Source of the DNA: Heterodontus francisci
Taxonomy: Eukaryota
Length of the DNA: 64,000 bases
Assembly: GCF_036365525.1 (NCBI RefSeq)
Contig: NC_090375.1
Span: 199,321,864-199,385,863, forward strand
Direction: 5' to 3'
In this document: positions 12,436 through 24,571 of the stretch, piece after piece
Layout of the letters: every line of letters starts with the position of its first letter
Numbering within the stretch: the first letter of the stretch is position 1
Notes under the pieces: generated by a model
The model's database searches: none
Told to the model about the DNA's origin: nothing
Seen by the model: only the letters and a program-made list of their open reading frames with translations
Position numbers and translations under genes: made by a program

Positions 12436-13739
12436 ATTGGCACAGTCCCCATAACTCCAGGGACTGAAGGGCATGGCGCCATCTCCAGGAACATGAGGGA
12501 TGGCACTGCAGGATCCCACATGTGCTCTGATTCCCTATGCGTTAGCCAACAACTTTCAATCCCAAGTTTAACCAACATTTATTGTAGGAAAATGCCTCCA
12601 GACTCTTAATAGGAGCATAGTCTGGCAAAGATGGACTAAAAGAAGATATCAGATAAAGTGACCAAATGTTTGACTGAAGAGCTGGGCTTTCTGAAAGAAG
12701 AGTGGTGGAGAGGTGGAGGGTTCTGAAAGGCAATTTTAGAGCGTTGGATCCAGATTGCTGAAGGCACGGTCCCCAATGGTGAGGCAAATGTAGAAGGATC
12801 CGGAATATTCACGCGCGGCGACAATTGCTGCCTTCGTTTCCCGCGTGGTTTGAAATCGCGCTTTCAAAATTAGCAGTGGTGTATCACAGCCACAGTATCA
12901 GTCCGTTTTGGCAGACGCCTGAAAGCTTGGAAATTCCTTCCAGCGCTTTTCTGTCACAATTTAATGGTGTGCATGAGAACAAAGGGAATGTCAGAATGCA
13001 CTGGATGGAGCTCCTGTCCCATCAATATTTCAACCACAAGCCCAAACTCAGGCAATGACTGCGGAATCCGCTCTGCAGAGGGTCGGGTTTAGCAGCGAAG
13101 CGGTTGTACTGCGAGATTTTGCAGCCAACATAGGCAGGACTACCCGTGTGGTTGTTGAGGTGGCAAGCGGTCACAGTCACCTTCACCTCAGATAAGCTAT
13201 ACAAAGCTGATGCTACCTGGGAATCTGGATGAGACGGTCACAGTGATCGTTAGCTTTCTTGAACCGCTGCACTGTGTGTTGAAGATATTCCCACAGGGAG
13301 TCAAGCAGGGAGTTGTAGGATTTTGAGCCAGTGATGTTGCTGGAATGGCCAAGTCAAATGATGTGTGGCGTCGAGTTGATGCTGTTCCCTGGCGTTTGCG
13401 GCCCCTGTCCTTCTAGTTAGGGATTTCCTGTCGATTTGATCACCTTGTATACAATGTTCAATGTGCCAGGGAAAGAACGAGCCAACTTGTGCTATTATAA
13501 ATCCTCTAAAAAAGTGTGTGTAATTCAATGCAGATTTTAATTTATATAATAGATAATGAATACATGTAACGTTAGAAGTCTGACTGAATGGCGTGACTTG
13601 TGTCAGATGCTGCATATATACCAGTAGAGAGCAGTATGAACAGGAAGTCGAGTCACACGTGGAATGTTGTGTTAGAGTCATTGCCCTATATATTTTATCC
13701 AGATGTTAATACAAATGTCTCACACCTCAGACAGACAAC

Positions 13740-14163
13740 ATGTTGCTCTGTTGGGTTGTTTTCGTGACATTTTTTCCACGTAAATAGATTTATTCTTTAA
13801 GTACGTTTTATTTGTTTTCTTCAGACTGTAAAATTATTTGTAATTTGTTGTTTCTTTCCCCACAGATGGGTGTTTTGCTCAGGAGTTGAAACAGAAAAAA
13901 CTATCAGTGACTTCGAGAACGGGCAGAAGTCCTACAATTACGTGTGAGCTGGGTGAATCAGTCAGTGCTTCCGTTATCCATTGGTAGAAACAGGCAGCCG
14001 GACAGCAGCCCATTCGGATTCTCTACTACGATGGGAACGTTCGTCGGGATGACGGATTCGATAAAAGGTTTACAGCAGTGAAGAGCGGAGACAAACAATA
14101 TTTGTTTATTGGCGATGTAAAGGCAGCGGATGCCGCCACCTATTACTGTGCCTATTGGAAACA
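13740..14163 (+). pseudogene. TRGV: TCR gamma-like V segment E1 with in-frame stop (leader 13740-13779, V exon 13866-14163)
   Basis: Leader MLLCWVVFVTFFP; QELKQKKLSVTSRTGRSPTITC...IHW-TAG (13985-13987; TAC in paralog E2)...YYCAYWK. Confidence 0.9.
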
Positions 14164-14202
14164 CACAGAGCCAAACAGCAATTCAATCCGCTTACAAAAA
14201 CA
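14164..14202 (+). other. 23-RSS of V-E1
   Basis: CACAGAG + 23 nt + ACAAAAACA. Confidence 0.85.
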
Positions 14203-14959
14203 CTCAACACTGCAATTCAAACATCACCAAAACCACATCCGACACAACTGAAAACTGCCGAAGTCTTCCTCCTTCAGTTAAAGGTTTGCTCTCTCGCATA
14301 TCATAAAAATTACACAAACAGCTACCCTTACCGAGCCGTCCATTGCTTTACCTTTAGATCCGACATGGAACATCACAGGAGAAGAGGACACAGACAGTGC
14401 AATCGGGTGAAATATCCTGTTGATTCTCTCCACAGACGGTAGTCAGGCGGTGCCCAGCACGGCACTGACCCTGTCTGAGTCTTTCTCACCCATCACCCCA
14501 TTGTTTTCCAGCCGCAATTGTTTCTCTGGCCCCAAACAATCCAACTGGAAATCTTGATCCTCATTTCCAAACCCTCCTCGACCCTACCTCTGCAACCTTC
14601 CCCACTTTATATCCCGGGCCATGTCATTTGGTCCTCCCACTCTTGCCTCGTGTATCTCTCTGCTCCATCATCTTTTAGCCTTTAAGTCTTCACGCTCGGA
14701 TTCTTTTGTTAAACTCTCGCCTTCCGAACTTTTCTTAGAATCTATCTTTTTGACTCTTTACAAATGAAGCACAACTTCACTTTTCAGCGGTCTCTGTTCA
14801 CGCTTCCACTCCTGTTTAACTGTCATTTCTCCTTTACTAACACATTGGTGCTTTTATAAACTTAAATGTAAGTGATTAAGAATATAGGAACATGAAAAGA
14901 CCATCCAGCCCCATGAGTTTACTCCACTATTCAATTAGATCATGGTTGATCTATATTTC

Positions 14960-15612
14960 ATAGGAACATGAGAGCAGGAGTAGGCCATTCAGCCCATGAA
15001 GCCAGCTCCGACATTCAATACGATCGTGGCTGATCGACCACTTCAATACCATTTTTCCCACATCATCCCCATATCGCCTTATATCATCGGTATTTAGATA
15101 TCTGCCAGTCTCTGCTTTAAATACACTCAATGACCGGAGCTTCTGCAGCCCTCTTGGGAAGAGAATACCAAAATTCACAAACCTCTGACTAAAGAAATTT
15201 CTCCTCATCTCAGTCGTAAGTGGCTTCCACCTTATTTTGAAATTGTGTCACGGGTTCTAGACACCCCAACCAGGGGAAACATCTCACCTGCATCGACCTT
15301 GTCTATCCCTTTAAGTATTTTGTAGATTTCAGTGAGATCACATCTCATTCCCGAAACTCTAGAGAATACAGGCCTAGTTTCCCCAATTTCTCTTCATAGG
15401 ACAGTCCTGCCATCCCGGGAAGAAGCTGGTGAATCTTCGTTGCACTCCCTCTATGACAATAATATCCTTCCTAACGTTAAGGGACCAAAACTGCACACAG
15501 TACTCCAGCTACGGTCTAACTAAGGTTCGATACAACAGAAGCAAGACATTGCTACTCCAGTGCTGAAACATCTTGCGATAAAGGTTAACATACCATTAGC
15601 CTTCCTAATTTC
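14960..15612 (-). mobile_element. CR1 LINE 3' fragment
   Basis: ORF 14951..15208 (RRNFFSQR) and a CR1 3' tail. Confidence 0.8.
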
Positions 15613-15663
15613 AGCTCCATTTATTCGGCTTTTCTACAGGAAACAGCCCTGAAGCTGGACAGT

Positions 15664-16014
15664 ATGTGGCCATACTTAGCCCTGGTGTTCACTCTGCTGT
15701 CTTGTGCGTTTGCCCCAAGACAATTAAAACGTTTTTTAAAACCCAATCTGATATAGCATCGCAGATTCATATTGCACAGAAGGGGGATTTTCGGTCCATC
15801 GTGTCGCTGCTGGCTCTCTGAAAGAGCTTCAATAACTGCAGCATCATGTGTGTTCAAGCTCTAATACCCGCATGGTTATAATGCCTCTCTGTCTCCCACA
15901 AGCTGAATCTGTCACTCCCGTGACCTTGAAGCAGGAGGTTTTATCCATCACCAGGAGTGCTGGGAAGACGGTGTGATTCATCGGCCCGATTGAAGGATTC
16001 GGCAATATAGCGAC
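15664..16014 (+). pseudogene. V segment F, 5' remnant (leader 15664-15703, V exon from 15903), cut by an LTR insertion
   Basis: Leader MWPYLALVFTLLS + GT; after the AG acceptor ESVTPVTLKQEVLSITRSAGKTV*FIGPIEG, resembling FR1 of the other segments; TGA stop and no Cys23; the LTR starts at 16015. Confidence 0.75.
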
Positions 16015-19000
16015 TGTAAGGCATTTCTATATCTCTTGTATTTTGATTATGTGAGGAATTTGTTAATATCTCTTGTATTTCTGTTCATAAGTTAAATGTT
16101 ACGAGTTGTGTTGTAGACCAGCGTGTGGAGCCCCTCCGATGGTGAAGACGCGGAGGTAAAGGACATTAGAACAAATGGAGAAGAATCCTGACCTAAGACA
16201 TTGAATTAAAAAAAAGACAGCGTAATTGAACTAGGACCCCCAGATACACACAGACAGAGAAATGAGCAGATGCCACTGATGTGATAGCCTGGACTGTTGC
16301 GACATCAAACACCCTGTCTACAACCACACTCATGGGCAATGGCTTTTTGAGACATTTGTGGATTGTTTCCATCTTGCCTGATCAAGATTCAGATATCACA
16401 TCCATGGGTGGTATATACCTAAGAATTCCCTCTGCTGAGAACAGGACATGACTACATGCAGTCTTGCATAGCCAGGGTGGGATTGATAAGGCACTGAAAC
16501 CCAATTGGAAGACCCAATTCAAAACGTGTCAAGCAGCCAGGGTCAGAAAGGGGTCTAAAGCCACATCTCCCAAGGACATTGTTGCTGCAGCCGGGAAATA
16601 TGACTGATCAATCACAGAAAGTTGTGTGGGAGAAGTTATTCAGTGGTCCTGACCATCCAGGAACGAGCCCGGTACGTGGGTCTACTAAGCAACTGGTGTT
16701 GTAAGTATATACTATTGCTTGGTGAGTTAATAAAGGTGTTGCACATAAAGTGGAAATTATATCCAAAGTCTGTTTTGTGCAATTGATACTCAGTACGGGG
16801 TCAGGACCTTAGAGGGAAGTGAGACCCCCTGTTTAAGAGTCTTAAGCTGGCGAGCACTATCAGGGACCCCGAAAGGTAAAGAAATAGGAATTCAGACATG
16901 GATGGACTTGACATGAAATGCGTGGGAGGGAAATTGCCTCTAAAACAGAGGTGGATACAGGTCAACCTAGAAGCTGTGAACTGGTGCATGGGGTTGAACA
17001 GTAGACACAGGGGTCCACTTGGAGGCGAGCCTTGGAAACAGTAGTTTGGCTGATGGAACATCAACATCAGCGTAGAAGTTCTGAAACCAAGACAGTAAAA
17101 GGTAGTCAGGAGCTTGATGAGAGAGATAAGAAGCTAAGTGGATGCGAGACAGTTGTGAAGGGGTAAATAACACAGCTAGAGGAAGAGAGAGAGAGCTGGA
17201 ACCCCCAGATGAGAAGGAGGAATGGGGGTCAGTGGTTTCTGTAAAAAGAAAGGTAAAAGCAATTGAAGTAAGGAGGAATCAAACCCGCTAATGTAAATTA
17301 TTGTTCTTGCCTCTGTCTGAGTTCTGACTTAAGTTTCAAGTTTCCAAGATGAATGTTGTAAGAGTGGAGAACGCAAAGGAAGCTTCCAGTAATAATGTAT
17401 GTGTATGAGTTTTAATGTGTTCTTTGGCACTTTGAGTTTATATCTCATTATAGGAATTCATATGGGTGCATGGGGATATGAAAGTGTGCATGTGATTATT
17501 GGGTGTGCCTCTGTTAATTTAATGATTTGCAAAGTTAAGTTGTGGATCTGTTGGAAGCAAGTAGTGTTGGGAGTTTATTGTGCTATTATGTCTCCCAGGT
17601 AAAAGATGAAAGCTGCAGTGAAATGTAAGAAGTCCTAGTGTTCTGTCCATTTAAGAACCTGTGCGTGCAAGCTGAAAGGGCTTTTGTGTTCAAGCAGGCT
17701 TCCTGTAGTTTTGGACTCAAAACTTTAAAGTGTTTCTTGTGAATTAACCTTGTGTTTAGAGTTTTAATTAAAGACATTCGGAAGCTTAAGGAAAGAAGAT
17801 AAGTGATGTCATATGTTTTTGCTTTCTAAAAGCACGTGTCATTTTTTTCTGTGTGTTTATGGAATAAATGGCTATTTTGTGTTGATGATTTTTTGTGTGT
17901 TTCAAATGTCCGTGTTTTCTTTTCCAGAACTTGTGGTTTTGTGGTAGTAGCTTCAGCACTTTAAGCTTGAAAACCCACAGGAAAATTTTGAGATAGATTG
18001 GAGGGGAAGTTTAAATTAACTGAAGTGGATATTTTAAGTTATGAGATTTGAGGTAGGATTGCTGGCCAGGATCCCAACTCGAATGGGGTTTATTAACCAT
18101 ATGGGGATTCTAATCCGGCTATGAATTCACCCATGTTAGTATGGGGTGGTTTTAATATTAAATTGTGTAAATTGAAATTTGGGTTGGAGACTTTTTCACA
18201 AAAGTTAAACATTTATTTTTGGGAACCAGTGGAGTTCTTGTCCTGAAATAATTGGGAAAAAATGCTAAAGTTTAAAAAAAAAATCTTTTTTTGTTCAGAA
18301 AGAGACAAGTTTAATTGATCTGTCTAACCTGGAATGCATTTCGTGTTTGATTATCTTTTTAAATGGAGAGCTTGGAGTTTTGGAGAAATTGAAAGAGTGG
18401 TTTACAAATACTGAGCAGAATGTTCTGAAATCTGCGGAAGTTGCAGGAAAAAAAGTGTTTGGAAAAAATCTAATAGGAAAGATTCAGTTATTTCATTTTC
18501 TTGGAAAGGGATATTGTTTAAACTCATCAGAGCACATGGCAATGTTTTGTGCTTTTTTTAAAAAAAAAGAGGGGCGACGACGACATCAATAGTCGATTTG
18601 AGGGCTCTTGTCTCGCCCTCTTTCAAAGCAGCAGAGTGTAAGCAGCATAAGCTAACCACACACACTTACAGATATTAGACATTCTAAAAAATTTATGTTT
18701 TTGAATTTGTCGGATATTAAGCCCTTTGGCCACAAGCAGAATGGAACTTTTGCATTTTTTTTTAATTTACAGGGAACTGCAGTTGCAACGAAATTTCCAA
18801 CAGCTTCAAGAATTTAAGGAGATTTGCCACAGCATTGTGACAATTGGGCGACTGGGAACAAGCAATCAGAATTTAAAATTACATTCATATATGTTGGTAT
18901 TTTAAACATTTAAAGGAAACAACAAACGTTTATACTCACATAATTTCAGTGTTTTTTATGGATAAATAAAACTGTTAAAGTTTTATTTGAAAATAATTAA

Positions 19001-21714
19001 ATAAATTGATCTTAACGTTAAATGATCTGCAGGTGGAGGAACTAGTGTTGAAGCAAAATCAAGCTAGGGAACACAAATTAGAGAGGAAAAACAAAAAGAG
19101 GGAGCCTATTCCCAAAGCTGCGAGCAATAGAGTCAGGGATATGGAGACCGCTAGACTATCAAAGGCTGCGTATGGTTGGTCACATGAGGGCAGACAACAA
19201 GACGTTTTATTGGAAGCAATTTCCAGCGCAAGGGGTAGGCACCCATGAGCGCAAGTATAAAAATCAGGACCTATGCTACCCAAGCATCAGGATGATCAGC
19301 GCATTGGGCACCTGGGTGAGATTGTCCAGGAAGCGCCGGCCTTTATTTGCACCAGTAGACTGCGAGGTGTCTCTAAGAGACCCCAGGCCGAAAGAATGTT
19401 TAGTTTTGATACCTATTGGGAAAATGTACATCATGAGGTGGCACCAGTGATGTTGAATTTCAGAGACTGTGATGTCCAGGTGATGTGGGAGAAAGAGGCA
19501 GAGCCTGAATGTCAAGTTATTAGATAACGTGTTGGTACACGGAGTAAGGACCAGTGGTGAGGCATCTGGTCTCTGGAGACAGGTATATCTACCATTCATA
19601 ACAAAAGGGGGCAAGCCGAAGGAGGAGGCGAGGGCTGGGCAAGGTCACAGCTATTGTCTTTAATACTGGGACCTCGCTGATAGTTTGGATCTGGTATCTC
19701 TGGAAGCAGAGATAAGGGATTTCAAGTGAAGACTAAATTATGTTCTTACGAATAAGAATACCAACAGGACTAACAGCTGTGGAAAGATAAAATTATGACA
19801 GTTTATTTAAAGGATGTAGCAGAACGATTGGAAGACCATGCTAAAACTATAAATAAACTCATCTGGGACGATAGAAAAGTTTCTGATCAGCCTGCCCCGA
19901 ATAATGTGTGTGTTATGTATGGCTCCTGGTTGGTAGAGCAGGCCAGCGAAAATCTGAGGCAAATTCACACAGGGGCAGTGCCCTCTTGGGACAATAATAA
20001 TCATCTGGACATGTTGATGAGGAATAGAAAAACATCACTGTGTGCCAGCACAGAAGTTTAGTGCAGGCATACCCTGTACAAACAGATTATAAAAGGGAAT
20101 ATCTCAAAATAATGGGTTTGGTGATGTACCTTCTGGTAATGTCACACAGGGAAGCACAGCTCCCAGTCTATAAAATAGAAGACATAGGAGTCATCAAGGA
20201 GACCATCATATTGACAGGAACTAGGGTAGAAGGGTGCACTGACAGGAGAGTCAAAGTGGTATGCCCCTATTGGTTGGAAAAGCATGCCCAGTCAACATGT
20301 TGATTCAACGTTACTGAGCTAAACTGTACCATGGAGGCTGCAAGAATGGCTCTGAAGCCTAAACAGACAGGACATGTGGGGGGAGGGAATGCTGTGTAAC
20401 TACTACTGAAAAGGGGTACAAGCATGGAATAAATTTATAGTGCCCGATATCACAAACTACTGTCTGTTTTATTCCTGAAGGGATTGCAGGGACAGGCAAT
20501 AGGGAGATTGTAAATATTTCTAACCCCAACAGTACTGAGCTTAACGTGAGTGATGATTTTGTATGGGATTGGTGACATCCCAGAAACAGCTTGGTGGGAT
20601 GTGATATGGAATTGGAGAGGTATTATTGAGATACACCCCCGGATAAGTATTATCTCCCACTCACTCATTGTTGTACAATTGCTTATGAACTATATCATTG
20701 GCGCAAACGTATGAGAGTGAATCAATGGGTGAAAATTTTATTGGAGTGACGAAATAATATGAATGGATTAGATTTGTAACCATAGGAGTATTTGAAGTTG
20801 AAAATATTCACCTAAGGCTGGGTGCTGTAAGACATTTGGATGTCTCCTGTATTTGTGTTATGCTGTGAGGCATTTGTTAATATCTCGTGCATTTTGGCTC
20901 ATAAGTAAAACGTAGCTAGTTGTGGTACAGACCAGCATGCGGAACTCAACAGGTGGTGAAGACGTGGAGATGAAGGACATGGGTATGAAGGGAGAAGAAT
21001 CCTGACTGAAGACATCATCACTGGGATCCATATCCGACCTTTTCAAAGTAAAAGGCAGCATAACTGAAGTAGCATCCCCACATATACACATGCAGAGAGA
21101 CAAGTCAGGACATGCCACTGATGTCGTAGACTGGGCTGTTACAACATCAAACAGCCTGTCTACAACCACACTCAGGGACAATGGCCTTTTGAAATCTGTG
21201 TGAATGGTTTCCTCCTTGCCTTATTCAGATGCAGAAATCACATCTATGGGTGTTATGCCCCTAAGGACTGCCCCCACCCCTCCCCTCTGCTGAAAGCAGG
21301 ATATGACCACATGCAGATGGTCTTGCATAGCCAGGGTGGATTGATAAGGCACTGAAACCCAATTGGATGACCCAATTCAAAACATTACCTTATATGTCAA
21401 GGGGCCAGGGTCATAAATGTGAATAAAGTCACAGCTCACAAGGACATTGTTGCTGCAGCTGGGAAGTGTGACTTGGTCAGTCACACAAAGTTATGTGGGA
21501 GCAGTGGCTGAGTGGACCGGACCACCAGGGAAAGAGCTATGTACACGGGTCTACTAAGCAACTGGTGTTGTGAATATATACTATTGCTTGGTGAGCTAAT
21601 AAAGGTGTTCCATATAAAGTGGAAATTATATCCAAAATTTGTTCTGTGCGATTGATACTCAGTATCTGGTCAGCAGATTCGAGGGAAGTGAGACCCCTTT
21701 TTCAGAGTCTTACA
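16015..21714 (+). mobile_element. Degenerate LTR element/endogenous retrovirus with env remnant (LTR1 16015-16845, LTR2 20826-21714)
   Basis: Two diverged direct repeats of about 830-890 bp; LTR2 has TGTAAGAC...GTCTTACA termini; PBS-like TGGCG...CAGGGAC just after the LTR; env-like frames at about 19270-20800; no intact pol seen. Confidence 0.8.
19270..20800 (+). pseudogene. env-like class I fusion glycoprotein remnant
   Basis: RRRRR|GLGKVTAIVFNTGTSL (19617 onward), then after a frameshift SLDLVSLEAEIRDFK, the heptad LEDHAKTINKLI, and the Cys-rich GCTDRRVKVVCPYW...C*FNVTELNCT. Confidence 0.6.
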
Positions 21715-23325
21715 GCTGGCGACCATGATCAGGGACCCCGAAAGGTACAGAAATGGCAATCCACACTTTGGATGGGATTCTCATGAAATGCGTGGCCGAG
21801 AAATTGCCTCTAAAAAAGAGGTGGGCACATGTCATCCTGCAGTGAGCGAATCAGTGTACGGGGCTGAACAGTGGACACTTGGGCGCACTTGTCAGTGAGC
21901 CTCGGAAACAGCAGTTTGGCTGATGGCACTTCAGCATCAGCATAGGTGTTATGAAACCAAGAGAAAAAAAGTTATTCAGGAGATTGATGAGCGAGATAAG
22001 AAGCTTTGTGGTTGTGAGAAAGTTATGAAGAGGTTAAAATCACAGCTAGAGGAAGAGAGAGAGAGCTGGAACATTTGGACAACATGGACGAATAGGAGTC
22101 GGGGGTTTCTGTAAAAGAAAGTTAAAAGCAGTTGAAGGAAAGAGGAATCAAAACTGCTATTGTAATTTATTTATTTTGTTGGTTCTGTTTGAGTCCTGAT
22201 TTAAATTTCAAGTTGTCAAGACGACTGCTATAAGAATTGAGAATGCAAAGGAAGCTTTCAGTAATAATGTATGTGTGTGAGTTTTGTTGTGTGCTTTGGC
22301 ACTTTGAGTTTATAACACATTATAGGAGTTGTTACGACCACTCAGGACAAAGACTCCGATCAAATGATATGATTCTGATTGCAGTGCGAGCAATGCACTG
22401 TTGATTCAGTCCCGCCACTCTACAGGTCGCATCATATTTCTTTAAGCTTTCCAAATCGAGAAAAAGAAGACAAATTGAACAATCAAGTACCCTATGAATG
22501 AAGTAAACCAAACCAGATATCTTTAGATATCAACAAATTAACTATTTATTAAAAAAACTAAAATCTTAAACACTACTAAGATAAACCAATATCTAAAGAC
22601 CTTATAACTTTTTGTTTAAAAATTATCTTCCACATTCACATACATATACTTGGTTTTAAATTAGCTGTCAGAAAAAATAGAAAAAAAAGTCTTTGCTGAT
22701 TACATTACTGATGAATGGAGTTTACCAATACAACACAATCAAAGTTCACCTGCAAACCGAAAGTCCTTCCAAAGTTAGAAATTCAGCAGTTCAGTTCGGC
22801 AGCTGTAGTACTAAACTCATCTTTTTTCCCAGCAATGAACATAGCAGATATCAAGGAAATTAATTGGCTTGAAGCTTTGTAGAATTTTGAGAGAAAATCA
22901 ACACAACTTTTTTTTCTTCAGTTTAAATCACCTCAGAGAGCTCTGCTTCCTTCACTTGCTGGAACAATTTATCAACCAACTGTTTCTTAGCTAATTTTTT
23001 TAAAAGTCAAAAATGCAACATTGAATCTCTGTCCTTTCTCTCTGTTTGGCTGTTGCTTGGCAATCAGAATACAGTTTGGCTCACTGTCTCCAGAGTGTTC
23101 TTTAGATGCACTGATCTTTTTACACTCTTAAAGATGCACCACAATATTTCCGAGGAGGGAAAAACGCACGTCCATGACAGAATTCATTTGGATACATGGG
23201 GATATGAAAGTGTGCATATGATTATTGAGTGTGCCTGTATCAATTTAATGTTCTGTAAAGTTGTGGGTCGATGGGAAGCAATTAGTGTTGGGAGTTTATT
23301 GTGTTATTATATCTCCCAGGTAAAA
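21715..23325 (+). mobile_element. Second, truncated copy of the LTR element's internal region (PBS + coiled-coil ORF remnant)
   Basis: 21717-22329 and 23180-23325 repeat 16848-17605; PBS-like TGGCGACCATGATCAGGGAC. Confidence 0.75.
22330..23179. mobile_element. Solo LTR (probably Gypsy)
   Basis: TGTTACGAC...GTCCATGACA termini, imperfect 4-bp TSD gagt/gaat; the empty site is visible at about 17455. Confidence 0.7.
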
Positions 23326-24059
23326 GAAATCTCATGGCCCCTCTTCACCCCCCTAATTTCCTTCTTAAGTGTAGTCCTAAAGACCTGGAGGGACTCGGTC
23401 GATCCCAGCAGCCTATACCTGACCAATGCCTCCTTCTTTGTCCTGACCAGACCCTCAATATCCCTCGTCAACCAAGGTTCCCTAAACTTGCCAGCCTTGC
23501 CCTTCCATCTAACACCTTGGTTAATCTCGTCCCTTCACATTCCCGACTGGAATAAAAGATGGACGACACGAAGAAGTAAGCCCCTGTGTGTCTGACACAC
23601 GCACAGGCCTTCAATACCCCTGATAAAACGGTGCCCAACAGAACATTACAAATGATCCATTTTTCAATTATCTACTTTACAGTTTTTTTTTACTTTTTTC
23701 TTTTCTCATTCCATTACCACCTCCTTTTGCCTCACACCATCATCCCTTTTATCATTTCATCTCTCCTGCCTCCCACTCTATCACAGACATTCCCTTTTGT
23801 TCTTTCACCCACTCACCCCGCCCCTTTCCCTAAATCTGTTTTTGCTCAAAACCTGTCACATTTCTAACTTTTGCCAGTTCTGACGAAAGGTCATCGACCT
23901 GAATCCTTAACTCTGTTTCTCTCTCCACAGATGCTGCCCCACCTGCTGAGTATTTCCAGCATTTTCTGTTTTTATTGCAAAATAATCGATCCGGGCATCT
24001 GGAAAGAGGTGAACGAGAAGACGGGGCGGGTTTAACAAAATCTCACTGATGGGGTTGTG

Positions 24060-24077
24060 GGAAGTGAATCATTTCCT
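24060..24077 (+). promoter_or_regulatory. Putative V promoter ETS/AP-1-like composite
   Basis: GGAAGTGAATCATTTCCT about 55 nt upstream of the ATG; kept in B1 and B3, and related motifs precede V-C and V-E. Confidence 0.45.
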
Positions 24078-24131
24078 TTTAGTTTGTAACCAGCTGGTTG
24101 AGTGAACAGTCCCTGATCCAGCAGAGTGAAC

Positions 24132-24571
24132 ATGTCACTGTATTACTGGTTCATTGTGGTGACCGTTTTTCCCTGTATGTGTTTCTGATGCTATTATTCA
24201 AATGCTGTTATTCAGTCTGCTCTGTCACGCTGTTTATTTGTAACCGTGTCTATTCTTTTCTCAGGCGGATGTTTCGCTCAAACCTTGAGACAGATTATCC
24301 CATCCATTAGCAAAGCTGCTGGTAAAACCGCTAGATTCCAATGCGAAATACAAGGTGGCTCGGTCAGCAGCAGTAACCCCCTCCACTGGTACCAACACAA
24401 ACCCGGCCAGGCACCCACCAGAATACTCTATTATGGGGGAAGTATATCGCGGGATCCAGGATTTGGTGAATTGTTTAAAGCCGGGAAGAGTAAAGACAAC
24501 GAATTCTACCTCACAATCGACAAAATAAAGGCTGAGGATGCGGCCACTTATTACTGCGCGTACTGGGTGTA
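24132..24571 (+). CDS. TRGV: TCR gamma-like V segment B2, apparently functional (leader 24132-24174, V exon 24265-24571)
   Basis: Leader MSLYYWFIVVTVFP, GT-AG intron, open V exon with Cys23 (FQC), LHWY and YYCAYWV. Confidence 0.92.

Noticed and set aside
19140-19300. Integrase remnant upstream of env
   Set aside because: Only faint YG and QASG-like fragments in different frames; too weak to call without a profile search.
23053-23595. 180-aa ORF as a host gene
   Set aside because: It is a chance read-through across solo LTR, LTR-internal and antisense CR1 pieces.
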